Shown: positions 37,778 to 52,168 of the stretch, piece after piece
Numbering within the stretch: position 1 is the stretch's first letter
Layout of the letters: every line of letters starts with the position of its first letter
NCBI RefSeq assembly: GCF_006345805.1
Contig: NC_042997.1
Coordinates: 116,560,001-116,624,000, forward strand
Direction: 5' to 3'
DNA: 64,000 bases
Origin: Octopus sinensis
Lineage: Eukaryota
The notes under the pieces: generated by a model
Told to the model about the DNA's origin: nothing
The model's database searches: none
Seen by the model: the letters and a program-made list of their open reading frames with translations, nothing else
Position numbers and translations under genes: made by a program

Positions 37778-38149
37778 CTAGCAGTATCGCCCGGCGTTAC
37801 TTGGGTTTGTTTCGACCCTTTAGAATTGGAATTTTTGAAAAGTAAAAAATTTTGAATTATGTAGCTTGTTATTCTCTTTGAGTGAACATTTTTCTGGTTG
37901 AAATACACCAAAAAATGGCGATACAGCAGTCAAAAAATTGTAAAAAAATAGGGATTTTCATAGAAAAAAGCACCTTTTTGATGTAAATAATATTTGGTGT
38001 TAACATGGTCCGATTTGAAGGTAGAGCACGCCTTCTTCTATCATACCTTCAATTTTGGTCAACTTGCGCCGCAGGGTCTCGGAGGAGATAGTGTTGAAGG
38101 CTACCAAACCTGCCATACACAGACAACTTCAGCTTTATATAGAGATAGA
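37778..38149 (-). mobile_element. Non-autonomous Helitron sharing ends with 20154-20778
   Basis: Plus strand begins ctagcagtatcgcccggcgtt and ends ttatatagagataga; internal sequence differs. Confidence 0.72.
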
Positions 38150-40081
38150 TTTAGAAAAATTGTCATGAGTTGTCTCCCATGCTTGTCTAATTGCTGTTTA
38201 TAATTCTGGTCTTTATCTAATGTATTTTTCTCATTACATTATTTTTCTATTTTGCTTTTCGGTAGTCATTGATTAAATATGTTAACATCAGCTTCTAAAA
38301 TACAGAATGTTATAAACTGTCATTAGTTTTTTGCTTGTACCTCAAAGTCTTTTTCTATAGAAAATTTATCTTGTAACTTGTAAATACAGACACTTAAGTT
38401 TATAAATGAACGTTAAATAGAAATTTGGCACTTAATGTGTTTATACATAATGTTAATTGAAATATATGTTGTGAATATCATGTATGTTTAAAGTCTCCTT
38501 TGATTTTATAATCATTAATATAATATGCAAACAAGGCAGTAAAATGGCATCTTTTCGTCCTTCATATTCTGAATGCAAATTCTGCCAAGGTTGACTTGTT
38601 TGTTCCTTCTCAAGCCATGCCTGATTCATAAGGGCCGGTTTCCCAGTTTCCTTGGCGTATAGGTTCCCCACCTGGACGGAACACCGGTCCGTTGCAGGTG
38701 AGCTGCAAGAGGAAAGAGTGAGAGAAAGTTGTGGCGAAAGAGTCAGCAGAAGTTCGCCATTACCTCCTGTGCCAGTGGAATGTAAAAAGCACTATTCAAG
38801 TGTGGCCAATGTTAGTACCACCTGACTGGCTCTCGTGCCGGTGGCACATAAAAAGCACTGTTTAAGTGTGGCCAATGCCAGTACTGCCTGGCTAGCCCTC
38901 GTGCATATTTGAAACAATTGTTTATAAAGCATTTACAAAGGTTCATGTACATTTATTCTCTTTCACACTTTAGCATTTAAACTGGCCCTGTCCGGCCCAA
39001 ATATCTTACTTGTTCTGTGTTCAAACTGGCCCCTTCCAACCTCTCTCATCAACCCCACAATTTCATTCTAAAAATAAGCAATCACATCACTGAAATCTCA
39101 AAGCTATGATATAATAACATGATTAACTCAAGACAGTAGGTTCAGTCCCACTGTGTGACACTTTCGGCAGGTCTCTTATACTTTGGCCATGGGCCAACTG
39201 AAGCCTTGTAAATGGATTTGGTAAATGGAAACATAAAGAAACCTGTAGTATTATCATCATCATTGTTATTAAGATTTAACGTCCGTTTTCCATGCTAGCA
39301 TGGGCTGGGTAGTTTGACCAGAGCTGGTAAAGCCAGAGGCCACACTGGGCTCCATTGTCTGTTCTGACAAGATTTCTATGGCTGGATGCCCTTCCTAATG
39401 ACAACCATTCCACAGAGTGTACTGGGTGCTTTTTATGTGACACCAGTGCCAGTATCAATTCTGCTGTGGCAGACAGGTCGTTTTTGAGTACGGCATGGAA
39501 CCTTGGACAAATGTCTTTTACTATTGCCTCAGGCTGACCAAAGCCTTGTGAGTGGATTTGGTAGACAGAAACTGAAAGAAACTCATCGTATATGTATGTG
39601 TATGTGTGTGTGTGTGTCTTTGTCCCCACCCCATTGCTTGACATTAGTGTTGGTGTGTTTATGTCCCCTTAACTTAGTGGTTTCACAAAAGAAATTGACA
39701 GAATAAGTATTAGGTTTCAAAAAAAGGTCCTGGGGTCGATTCATTTGACTAAAAGTTTTCAAGGTGGTGCTTCTGCATGGCCACAGTCTAATGACTGAAA
39801 AATGTGAAAGATGTTTATGTGTGATTTTGTGTTTGTCCCACACAGCCACTTGACTAGCAGTGTTGGTGTGTTTACATCCCTGTAACTTAGCAGTCTGGCA
39901 AAAGAGACAAACATAAAAAGTACCAGACTTGAAAAAGATAAGTACTGGGGTCAATTCGCTTGACAAACTGTTCTTTGAGGCAGTGCTCCAGCATGGCCGC
40001 ATTCTAATGACTGAAACAAGTAAAAGAAAAGATAAAAATAAACCTTTACATTTGACACAGTAATCTGAATGCCAAAGGGAA

Positions 40082-41011
40082 TTAACCCTTTTATTACCAA
40101 CCTGACTGAAACCGGTTCTGGCTCCGAGTACAAATGTCTTGTTTTCATAAGTTTTGAATTAGTCTTCCACCAAACCTTAGTCACAATTTATGTTCCTAAT
40201 ACTAGCTTAATGATGACTAAGTTATTTTACTAAATTCTTTCTTATATTTAAAGTAATTGAAAGAAATGCAGAGCACCTTAATAGAAATATGGTAACAAAA
40301 GGGTTAAAATATATAATAGAGAAGCAATTCTTAACCTTTTCGTAACCAACCTGGCTGAAACCGGCTCTGGCTCTGAGTTCAAATGTCTTGTTTCCATAAG
40401 TTTTGAATTAAAATCAAGCTGAATGATGATAACTAAGTTATTTTACTAAATTCTTTGTTATTTTAAAAATTAATTGTAAGAAACACAGAGCATCTCCAAA
40501 TAAAAACAGTAATGAATGGGTTAAAATAGAGAAACAGTTCTTAACCATTTCGTTACCAACCCGGCTGAAACTGCCTCTGAATGAGTACAAATGTCTTGTT
40601 TTCATAAATTTTTAATTAAAATCTTCCACCAAACCTTAGTCACAATTTATGTTCCTAACACTAGCTGAATGATAACTTAGTCATTTTACTAAATTCTTTG
40701 TTATATTTAAAGTAATTGTAAGAAACATAGAGCATCTCAAATACAGTAACAAAAGGGTTAAAATATATAATAGAGAAGCAATTCTTAACCCTTTCATTTC
40801 CAACCCGGCTGAAACAACCTCTGGCTCTGAGTACAAATGTCTTGTTTCCATAAATTTTTAATTAAAATCTTCCACCTTAGTCACAATTTTTGTTCCTCAC
40901 ACTAGCTGAATGATAAACTATGTTTTTTTATTAATAATTCTTTGTTATATTTAAAATTAATTCAAAGAAACACTGAGCATCTCAACAGAAATATGGTAAC
41001 GAAAGGGTTAA
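40082..41011 (+). mobile_element. piggyBac-like MITE, tandem tetramer
   Basis: Four units with TTAA at 40082, 40304/40331, 40521/40541, 40758/40785 and 41008, and the same spacer. Confidence 0.82.
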
Positions 41012-41500
41012 CCTCTCTACGTCTGTCCTGTAGCCTATATGCTATCTACAGTGGAGGCGCAATGGCCCAGTAGTTAGGGCAGCGGACTCATGGTCATAGG
41101 ATCATGGTTTCGATTCCCAGACCGGGCGTTGTGAGTGTTTATTGAGCGAAAACACCTAAAAGCTCCACGAGTCTCCGGCAGGGGATGGTGGTGATCCCTG
41201 CTGTACTCTTTCACCACAACTTTCTCTCACTCTTACTTCCTGTTTCTGTTGTACCTGTATTTCAAGGGGCCGGCCTGTATCACGCTGAATATCCCCGAGA
41301 ACTACGTTAAGGGTTCACGTATCTGTGGAGTGCTCAGCCACTTACACGTTAATTTCACGAGCAGGCTGTTCCATTGATTCGGATCAACCGGAACCCTCAT
41401 CGTCGTAACCGATGAAGTGCTTCCATCCATGCTATCTACACTGATACATTTCAGCTCCTTCATTACTTATTGTTCCTCTTGTTTTTTTTTTCTGGTGCAG

Positions 41501-41647
41501 ACAGATATTGTGAGCCATGAATTTGCAGTGGAATGGATGACTGACTTTGAGACTTTTGAAGAAGCCTTACAGAATGAAACTTCATACGTTTCAAACTTGA
41601 CCAGGTCCATGAGTTTGGTCTTGGATGAATTTTACACTAACCTTAAG
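41501..41647 (+). CDS. GPN1: GPN1 exon 8 ([17 protein letters not shown]...[14 protein letters not shown])
   Basis: EWMxDFE and [10 protein letters not shown] motifs; gtgcag acceptor, gtaagt donor; 147 nt. Confidence 0.97.
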
Positions 41648-41662
41648 GTAAGTCAGAGTTTA

Positions 41663-41694
<32 letters not shown>

Positions 41695-43285
41695 TCTTCA
41701 CCATCATCATCTGACCTTTTTCCCTATGATAGCATGGTTGATGATAGTACTGCCGGATTGGCACCCATGCCTGTGGCATGTAAAAAGCACCATTTGAGTA
41801 TGGTAGTTGCCAGTGCCACCTGATTGGCTCCTGTGCCAGTGGAATGTAAAATGCACTATTCAAGTGTGGCCAATGTTAGTACCACCTGACTGGCTCTCGT
41901 GCCGGTGGCACATAAAAAGCACTGTTTAAGTGTGGCCAATGCCAGTACTGCCTGGCTAGCCCTCGTGCCAGTGGCATGTAAAAAGCAATCAATACACTCT
42001 CGGAGTGGTTGGCGTTAGGAAGGGCATCCAGCTGTAGAAACATTGCCACTTCAGATTGGAGCCTGGAGCAGCCTCCTGGCTTGCCAGCATGGAAAGTGGT
42101 CTTTAAATGACAGTGATGATGATGATGATGATGATAAGATGAGCCAAAGGGCATGGTTTCTACATCTGGATGTGTTTTCTAATGCCAACCTCTGAACAGA
42201 GTGTCCTTTTTATGTGACACCAGTGAGGTTGCCAAGTACCAGCAAGATAAGACCCCTTGCAGTGAGTGGAGTGGTGTTTTAAATTCATTATGTACCTTTG
42301 TCTTTTTTTGTTTTATGTTTTTATTTGTTTCAGCCATTTGACTGTGGCCATGCTGGAGCACTGCCACAAAGAGTTTTTAGTCAAGTAAATTAACCACAGA
42401 GTTTATTTTTATATTTTTTCAGCCTAATACTTATTCTATCAGTCTCTTTTGCTCAACTGCTAAATTACAGGACATAAACACATCAGCATCAGTTTTCAAG
42501 CACACACACATGCACATATATACATATGGCAGGCTTCTTCCGGTTTCTGTCTGTCATAAGCTTTTGTTTGGCCCAAAGCTACAGTAGAAAACATTTGTCC
42601 AAAGTGCTACGTAGTGGGACTGAACCCAGAATCATGTGGTTGGGCAGCAAGCTTCTTACCACACAGCTATGCCTGCACCTGTATATATGACAGGCATTTA
42701 ACCTTTACAATACCTACCATCCTAAAGGTTGAAAGCTGGCAAAACGCTTAGAAGCATTTTGTCCATCTGCATGCACTGAGTTAAAATTCCTCTGAGGTTG
42801 ACTTAGCCTTTCATCCTTTCAAGGTTGATAAAATAAGTACCAGTTGACTACTGGGGTGTATGTGACTGACTTAGCCCCTTCCCCGAAACTACTGACCTTG
42901 TGACTAAATTTGAAACCAATATCTAACTTCCTAAGGCTGCTTCTGTACAATACAGAACCTCTCATTTTAAAGGTTCCTAACCAATTTACAGTAATCCATG
43001 AAGTAGAAAGGATGAAAGGCAAAGTCGATCTCGGTGGAATTTGAACTCAGAACGTAGCGACGGGTGAAATACCGCTAAGCATTTCGCCTGGCATGCTAAC
43101 ATTTCTGCCAGCTCAGTGCCTCGACAATAACCCTATCAACTATTGGCACAAGGTCTGATATTTTTGGGGAGGGGCTAAGTTGATTACATCGACCCCAGTA
43201 CTCAACTGGTATTTATTTTAACGGCACTTGAAAGGATGATAGACAAAGTCAACCTCAGTAGAATTTGAACTCAGGACATGAAGAC

Positions 43286-43784
43286 CTATCTTGCTCAGAA
43301 CCCCTATCTTGCTCAGAACCCCTATCTTGCTCAGAACATTGACCTCCTGGAATCTGTCCAGAGACGTGCAACCAAACGCATACCCTCCATCAGACACCTA
43401 CCATATTCTGAGCACCTTGTTTCCCTGGGCATGGATTCACTGAAGCTCCGGCGTCTGGCGACGGACTTGGTAAACACCCACAAAGTTATCAACAACAACA
43501 CTGAACACCTTTTTGATCTCCATGTGTCTAACACACGTGGACATGCCTACAAAGTCAGAAAACAACACAGCTCCCATGACTTTCGGAAACATTTTTTCAC
43601 GCTCAGAGTTGCTGAAGCATGGAATAAACTGCCTGCATCAGTTGTTGACTGCCATGACACTGCATCCTTTAAGGCCCTCATGCTTTCCGAAATCCGCCGA
43701 AACTACACCTGATTATATATACACTTTAGATGAGTTGTAGTGCACCTGTGCACTGTACACAATTATTATTATTATTATTATTAT
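43286..43784 (+). mobile_element. 5'-truncated CR1-type LINE, 3' end, inserted in a SINE
   Basis: LESVQRRATK, TRGH, FFTLRV...WNKLP...VV...FK motifs; (TTA)n tail; aagac repeated on both flanks. Confidence 0.88.
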
Positions 43785-44719
43785 AAGACGGATGAAATAC
43801 CACTGAACATTTCACCCGGTGTGCTAATGATTCTATCAACTTGCTGCCTTAATAATAACAGCTAGCTGACCCTGTGGATATTCTGTGGTTTGATTAGAAG
43901 CAACCATCTAGTGTTAAATTATCATCTGTGTTTGCATGTGTGTGCCGAGAGCATTTGTATTTGTGCATGTGTGTATGTACCAATAGTTTGTATATGTGTG
44001 AGTGTGTGTCTGTCTCTAGCACAGATATTTATCTTCTCACCACTTTAATGTAATAGAAGATAAATTGATAGGAAGATGTGTGTGTGTGTGTATGTATGCC
44101 TGTACCATTTGTTTGAATCTCTCTTTTTCTTTCCCTCTTTGTCACACACACACACACACACACACACATACATTCCCTTTCCACAATATGACAGATTAAC
44201 ACCACAAATTGTTTACACAGATCTGTCATTAGCGCTTTAATACAATAGATTATTGCAGTTGCTTCGGGTGTTGCCCTAAGGGTCAATAATCGAAGAACCA
44301 CCAGTTGGGGGTCAGTATAACCCTTTTGTTATGATTCTTCTTTCCTCCTTTTCTTTTATCTCATTTCGGAAAAGATGGCTGACTGTAACAAGAGTGTTGA
44401 GAATAAATGAACTTGTTTGAGCGAGAAATTAAGGAGTCTACCAAAGGATTCAATGTTGGAATGTGGTTTGTGGTGTCTGCCACGTGCTTCACTTTATAAT
44501 AATTTTTTTTTCATTCATTTCTGTTCCTCATCCGAATTTTATACTTATTAATCATTGATTATATGTTCCATTTGTCCCCCGACCCCTTGTCTGTCCTTGT
44601 ATCGTCCACTCTATTTTTTTACCTTTATGGTTAACAAAGAAAGGACTTATTCCTTATTTCTTTACTATCCACAAGGGGCTAAACATAGAGGGGACAAACA
44701 AGGACAGACAAATGTGGAT

Positions 44720-44905
44720 GAATTCTCCTGGTTGATGACGGAGGGCATGACCCAGGCAATGCAGACATCTTGTTAAGATGACTTGTCGGAGGGAGGTGAT
44801 TTTGCACTGGTGTCGCTCCAAATTGTTGGAGACAAAATGATGCCATCAGACACGAAGGATGTTTAAAAGTGCCCTGCAATTGTTGGGCAAAATGTGAAGA
44901 TCTGT
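44720..44905 (-). mobile_element. RTE-like LINE RT C-terminal relic
   Basis: Minus translation ILRVxWHHFVSN...LHCLGHALRH resembles the RTE W...SN and RLRWLGHV motifs. Confidence 0.5.
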
Positions 44906-47600
44906 TGAACCAAGTAAAATCCTAGTCGTGGCCGATACCAGTGTTACCTGACTGGCACCCGTGCTGATGACACGTAAAAAGCACTATCCGAGTGTGACTG
45001 ATGCCAGTGTCACTTGTGTTGGTGGCACTTAAAATGCACCATTCGAGCGTGGCTGATTCCAGCGCTGTCTGACTGGCACCCGTGCCAGTGGCACGTAAAG
45101 AGCACGGTTTGAGCATGGCCGGTGGCACATAAAAAGCATCCACTATATTCTTGGAGTGGTTGGTGTTAGGGAGGGCATCCAGCTGTAGAAAATTTGCCAA
45201 ACCAGAATGGAGCCTGGTGCAGCCTCCTGGCTTGCCAGTCCTCAGTCAAACCATCCAACCCATGCCAGCATGGACAACAGACGTTAAATGATGATGATGA
45301 TGGCAGCATAAAAAGAGGTGGGTTTTGTGCTGGTGTCATGTAAAAAGCACCCAGTGTACTCCTTAAAATGGTTGGCATTAGGAAGGGCATCCAGCCACAG
45401 GAGCCATGCCAAAACAATTGGTACCTGGTGCAGCTCTCCAGCTTGCCACTGCCTGTCAAACCGTCCAACCCATGCCAGTATGGAGTTAAATTATGATGAT
45501 GATGATGATGATATGTTGCCAGTGGTTTTTGTTGCTGTTGTTCTCATTTGGAGTTCTAATCTTGTTATGGACAACTTTGCTGTTTTCAAGGTTGATAAAG
45601 TGGCCGTTAAGTATTGAGGTCAGTGGCATTCACTGGCCCCTCCTCTCAAAAATTTCCAGCCTTATAACATTAGGAATTCATGTATAATATATACTGGTCA
45701 AGGCTGCGAGCTGGCAGAATTGTTAGCATGGTGAAATGCTTAGCAGTATTTCGTCTGTCTCTATGTTCTGAGTTCAAATTCTGCTGAGGTCGACTTTGCC
45801 TTTCATCCTATCAGGGTCAATAAATTAAGTATCTGTTGCATACTGGGGTTGATCTAATCGACTAGTCCCCTTCTCAAAAATTTTGGGGCTTGTGCCTAGA
45901 GTAGAAAAAAAATATTAAAAAGCAGCAAGCTGGCAGAATCATTAGCACGCCAGGTGAAATGCTTAGCAGCATTTTGTCATTACATTCTGAGTTCAAATTC
46001 TGCTGAAGTCGACTTTGCATTTCATCCTTTAAGGGTCGATAAATTAGTAGAAAAGAATAATACACTGGTCGTATTATACTATTGGGAGGTATAATTAAGT
46101 GTTGTACAACTTATATTATGTATAAACTTTTGCGTAAAATGTGCATTGTGCAACTTATTGCACTACAGCTGGCATTAGCTCCTTGTTTTATTAGTTTTTA
46201 TCTTTTATACTACTACTACTACCACTACTACCAAAACCACCACCACCACTATTTAGTAAAGGCATCGATCATCTGCAGCTAAACTTTAACCTTTCGCTGT
46301 ATCCTTTTAGTTGAGACCTTTTAAACTAATGCTGGCCTTCATGCTAATTCACTTCCTCTTTTTCTACTCTTTCACGATTGACCCCATTTTTTTTCCCCCT
46401 TTAGTATTTTCTGGAGTTACACCACCTATGATATTACCTTATTTTTTCCCCTCTACCTTCCTATGTTGTTCCACCCTCAACTCAACCCTCCCCACCATAC
46501 TTCACCTTTTAAACTTCATTGTTTCAAAATATCTAGAATAAAATATTTTTTTCTTATTTTTTCCCTTCTTCCCCTAATCTTTCTAATCAACTCACTATTG
46601 ATTATTTCTAACATTTCCAGGCCCGTTTCAATTATTATTACTTTATCTTATGTCATTTTTTGTAAAAATAACTAGACAAAAAAAGAAAGAAAGAAAAACT
46701 ACCAATTTTGGTTAAATTTGTATTTTTCTCTAAATTTTAAGAATTCACAAATTAACCTCTAATTTGATAAATAACTACAGTATAATTAAATTTGAACAAA
46801 ATATTATTGCTTTACTAATCAGAATCATCGGTAAAGCATTCTTTATTAATTCTTTTATCTTTTACTTATTTTAGTCATTTGACTGTGGCCATGTTGGGGC
46901 ACCATCTTGAAGGTTTTTAATCTTGAACAAACTGACCCTAGCACTTAGCTTTTTTAGACCTAGTACTTATACTGTCGGTCTTTTTTACTAAACTGCTAGG
47001 TTACAGGGACATAAATACACCAATATTGGTTGTCAAGTGGTGTTGGGGGATACAAACATAGACACAAAAACACACACACATGGATATATATATGTGGAGG
47101 CACATGGCCTAGGGGTTAGAGCAGCAGACTTCTGGTCAAGGGATCGCAGGTTCGAATCTCAGACCGGGTGATATGTGTGTTTATGAGCAAAACACCTCAG
47201 CTTCATACGGCTCCAGCAGAAGGTAATGGCGAATTTCTGCTGACTCTTTCACCACAACTTTCTCTCACTCTTTCCTCCTGCATCTAGCAGCTCACCTGCG
47301 ACAGACTGGTGTCCTGTCCAGGTGGGGAACCTATATGCCAAGGAAACCGGGTTACCGGCCCTTATGAGCCAGGCATGGCTCAAGAAGGAACAAACAATAT
47401 ATATATACATGCACGTACATACATACATACATACAAATCCACGTACAAGGCTTTGGTTGGCCCAAGGCTATAATTGAAGACACTTGCCCATGTGGTTGGG
47501 AAGCAAACTTCTTACCACACAGCCACACTTGCGTTTAAATTAAATTTAAATAACTTCACACATTTCACTGAATTTACCTGTTTTTTACAGGTGCCAGCAT

Positions 47601-47930
47601 AGGTGCTTTTTTGTGTAGCACCAGCACCAGTGCTTTTTGTATGGCACCAGCACCAATGCTTTTTATGTGGGACCAGCACTGGTGCTTTTTGTACGGCACC
47701 AGCACCAATGCTTTTTATGTGGGACCAGCACTGGTGCTTTTTATGTGGGACCAGCACTGGTGCTTTTTATGTGGGACCAGCACCGGTGCTTTTTGTATGG
47801 CACCAGCACAGGTGCTTTTTATGTGGCACCAGCACCAATGCTTTTTATGTGGGACCAGCACAGGTGCTTTTTATGTGGCACCAACATGGATGCTTTTTAT
47901 ATGGCACCAACACAGATGTGTTTTACATAC
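47601..47930. repeat. 26-bp minisatellite, 12 full units plus a partial
   Basis: Unit ggtgctttttatgtgggaccagcact with variants; related to the internal repeat of SINE family 3. Confidence 0.9.
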
Positions 47931-49034
47931 CGCCAGCATCATCATAATAATGATGAGATCAAGAGGCTGAAAATATTTAATACTTATTTCCATATTTTCT
48001 AACTTGAAACTAATGTGAGATAAACTTTACCATGGATAGGATGCTACTCTACTACAAGTAACTTTTTTGGGAAGCCAGGAGGCTGCGCCAGGCTCCAGTC
48101 TGATCTGGCAGTGTTTCTACAGTTGGATGCCCTTCCTAACGGAGTGGTTGGCGTTAGGAAGGGCATCCAGCCTTAGGAACACTGCCAGATCAGACTGGAG
48201 CCTGGTGCAGCCTCCTGGCTTCCCAGACCCCGGTCGAACCATCCAACCCATGCTAACATGGAAAACGGACGTTAAACGATGATGATGGTGGTGGTGGCGG
48301 TGGTGGTGTAGTTATTCTCCAACTTCAAAAACAGGAGCATACAGTATTAAATGCCTTATCCAGTCATACACAATACACACATAACTGAAGAGCTGAAACT
48401 TAACATCATCTCCTCTTAATTAGCACAATTACATCGTCGTCGTCGTCATTTAACGTCTGCCTTCCATGCTGGTATGGGTGGGACGGTTTCATAAGAGCCA
48501 GCCAGGCAGAAGCCTGCATCAGACTTCTGTAACTGTTTGGCAAGGTTTTTACAGCTTCATGCCCTTCCTAACACCAACCCCTCAGCAGAGTGGACTTAGT
48601 GCTTTTTATGTGGCACAAGCATAGGCGATGTCAGTTTTGGCAAGGTCTTTACAGCTGGATGCCCTTCCAAATACCAACCACTTTACAGTATGATGAAATC
48701 TAATTGGGGAGGGGGTATTAAAAGTATTAAAAGAATTAGATGCAAGCATAGCTGTGTGGTAAGATGGCATGCTGAGATTGAAAAGCAGGAGTGAATTATG
48801 CCTACCTAATCGACAAACCCCAAAATTTTTTTGCATTTTATGCATAGTAATTAGAGTAAATAGGTGTGGGAGTGGCTGTGTGGTAAGTAGCTTGCTTACG
48901 AACCACATGGTTCCGGGTTCAGTCCCACTGCATGGCACCTTGGGCAAGTGTCTTCTACTATAGCCTCGGGTCAACCAAAGCCTTGTTTGTGGATTTGGTA
49001 GATGGAAACTGAAAGAAGTCCATCGTATATCTGT

Positions 49035-49205
<171 letters not shown>

Positions 49206-50235
49206 GTTTGTTCCCCCAACCATCATTTGACAACCGATGCTGGTGTGTTTACGTCCCCGTAACTTAGCGGTTCGGCAAAAGAGACCAATAGAATAAGTAC
49301 TAGGCTTACAAAGAATAAGTCCTGGGGCCGATTTGCTCGACTAAAGGTGGTGCTCCAGCATGGCCACAGTCATATGACTGAAACAAGTTAAAGAGTAACC
49401 TTCATAATTTTATTGAATTAGGTGCATATTTTACCTTAAAAGAAAATATTGTTATCAATCTTTTTTTTTGTTTAAGGTAGGCACTGTCTACCTTGCCTGC
49501 CTTGGTGACACATCCCTGCTGTATACCTACTTTTGCACACCTTTTGCTCTGTATAACAAGAGGTAGTGAAGAATTGTCTACATTATTGGATTTTCAGTTG
49601 AACTTTGGTACATGTAAAGCAGGTGTACAAAGAATAGTACAAGATATTGGAATTTATTAGTGCCTGAAGAAAATTGCTAAACTTATCTATGCACCACCAT
49701 GCCGTAATTAATCACTAATATCATTAACCACTAATAACATAATAATCACATTTACTAGTATAAATACACAGATGTACTTACAATAATGATGTACTAATAC
49801 AAGAGATTCACCAATATAATTATACAGAATTCATCACTCACCTTGCTGATAAATTAAATTACAGGTAATTTAAAATTTCAGGTAAATAAACTAGAAAAAG
49901 AAAATGAGAAAAGTTTACTTTGAAAATAAAAATATTTTATAAAAGTAAAATCATCATCATCTTTATCATCACATTCATCATCATCATCATCATCATTATC
50001 ATCTGCCTGTCTGTTTTCCTTGCTGGTATGGGTTGAGGTTTGGCTAGAGCTGACAAGCTGGAGAGCTTCACTAGGTTCCAGTTGGGTGTTTTTGTATTGT
50101 TTCTGTGGCTAGATGCCTTTCCTAATGCCAACCACTTATACAGAATGTACTGGGTGTTTTTTACGTGGCACCAGCACAGATACTTCCTATGTGGCACAGG
50201 TACAGATGCTTTTCATGTGACATAGGCACAGATGT

Positions 50236-50540
50236 GGAGGTGCAATGGCCTAGTGGTTAGGGCAGCAGACTCGCGGTCGGAGGATCGTGGTTTCGATTCC
50301 CGGACTGGGCATTGTGTGTATTTATTGAACGAAGACACCTAAAGCTCCACGAGGCTCCGGCAGGGGGTGGTGGCGACCCCTGTTGTACTCTTTCGCCACA
50401 ACTTTCGCTCACTCTCTCTTCCTGTTTCCTGAGTAACGCTGCGATGGACTGGCGTCTCGTCCAGCTGGGGGGGAACACATGCCACAGAAACCAGGAAACT
50501 GGGCCCATGAGCCTGGTTAGGCTTGAAAAGGGTGCATAAT
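50236..50540 (+). mobile_element. tRNA-derived SINE family 4 (representative copy)
   Basis: ggaggtgcaatggcctagtggttagg head with gtttcgattccc B box; other copies near 98(-), 38600(-), 41052, 47095. Confidence 0.78.
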
Positions 50541-50910
50541 AAAAAAAAAGGCACAAATGCTTTTTACATGGCATCAGCACTGACAGGATCACAGAGTAAC
50601 TTGCAAGACAAAACTTATACACATTAGATAATATTTTTTTTTTTTGTGGAAAGTTGTAAATGCATAAGTCAACCTTGTAGAATGCACATCTAAAAGTTAT
50701 TTCAAAAGCCTGTCCATTAAGGGCAGGGGTGCTTTCCTTTTATAGTGTATTCTTTGTACAGTCTCTTGTGATTGGCTTTTTTTAAAAAAAAATTTCCTTA
50801 CCTCTTTCATGGAAATTGGTTGAATTCAGTAGTATATCATTCTATCATATCTCTCTCTCCCTCAACTGCATTGTAATGTCTGTTTTGAAATGCAAATGGT
50901 TTTATCACTT

Positions 50911-51370
50911 TTAACCCTTTCATTACTGTACTTCTGTTGAGATGCTCTGTGTTTCTTTCAATTACTTTAAATATAACAAAGAGTTTAGTAAAATAACTTG
51001 GTTATCATTAAGCTAGTGTTAGGAACATAAATTGTGTCTAAGGTTTGGTGGAAGGTTTTAATTCAAAACTTAGGAAAACAAGACATTTGTACTGAGAGCC
51101 AAATCTGCTTTCAGCCAGGTTGGTATCTAAAGAGTTAAGAATTGTTTCTCTATTATATATTTTAACCCATTCATTACTGCATTTATTTTAAGATGTTCTG
51201 TGTTTCTTTCAATTACTTTAAATATAACAAAGAATTTCGTAAAATAACTTAGTTATCATTCAGCTAGTGTTAGGAAAATATACTGTGACTAAGGATTGGT
51301 GGAAGGTTTTAATTCAAGACTTATAGAAAACAAGACATTTGTACTCAGAGCCTGAGCCAGTTTCAGCCTG
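50911..51370 (-). mobile_element. piggyBac-like MITE dimer, reverse orientation, second unit truncated
   Basis: Reverse complement of the same unit and spacer (gaattgtttctctattatatatt). Confidence 0.75.
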
Positions 51371-51616
51371 AAAAAAAGAAAATGTAAAAATGGCATTCAC
51401 AGTACTCCTATCTAGCAATCAAGTTATTGTCACCACTTATTTATCCAGTCTATTTATCAAGAAATAATTCATTATCTGATTCATCTGATCTACACCATTA
51501 TCTGTTGGCATCTCTCTACTCTGGCAAGTGTTTATCTTATGAAGTTACTTATTGGGTGGTATTGGATGGATTGGTAATCTAGGAATGTGCATAGTTTTGG
51601 GTGGCATTGAGAAACA

Positions 51617-51871
51617 TTAACCCTTTCGTGCCAAAATTTTTCTCGTGATTGAAATTGCCTGAAAATTCACAGATATTTTTATTTTGACCTAAATAACAGC
51701 TAAAAAAAAAATTTCATTGGAATCCATTTGATACAAACTGCATATGTGTTAAGAACATGTTTCATTCTTTGATACAGATCATACACAAATGACAATTTGT
51801 ATCAAGTATTTGTTTTATACCCTTATAAATTAAGGGTCAGATTAAACGGACAATCAGCATGAATGGGTTAA
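51617..51871. mobile_element. Different piggyBac-like MITE
   Basis: TTAA-ccctttcgtgc ... gcatgaatggg-TTAA ends. Confidence 0.6.
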
Positions 51872-52168
51872 CATATTGCTCTGGAAACAACTGAAAATAA
51901 GTTTACATGAGCTTGGTTCCTAAACCATATGGTTCCAGGTTCAGTCCCACTGTGTGCCACGTTGGGCAAGTGTCTTCTACTATAGCCTCGGACTGACCAA
52001 AGTCTTGTGAGTGGATTTGGTAAATGGAAACTGAAAGAAGTCTATGTGTGTGGGTGTTTTTGTGTTGATGTATGTCCACCACCATCCCTTGACAACAAAT
52101 GTTGGTGTATTTATGTCCCCATAATTTACTGCTTCAGCAAAAGAGACCAATAGAATAAACACTACACT

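Noticed and set aside
40082-41011. CRISPR-like repeat-spacer array
   Set aside because: Eukaryotic DNA; long units are MITEs and the short spacers are identical rather than unique; no cas genes
47603-48002. Three overlapping ORFs of 114-121 aa
   Set aside because: Artefact of a stop-poor 26-bp minisatellite
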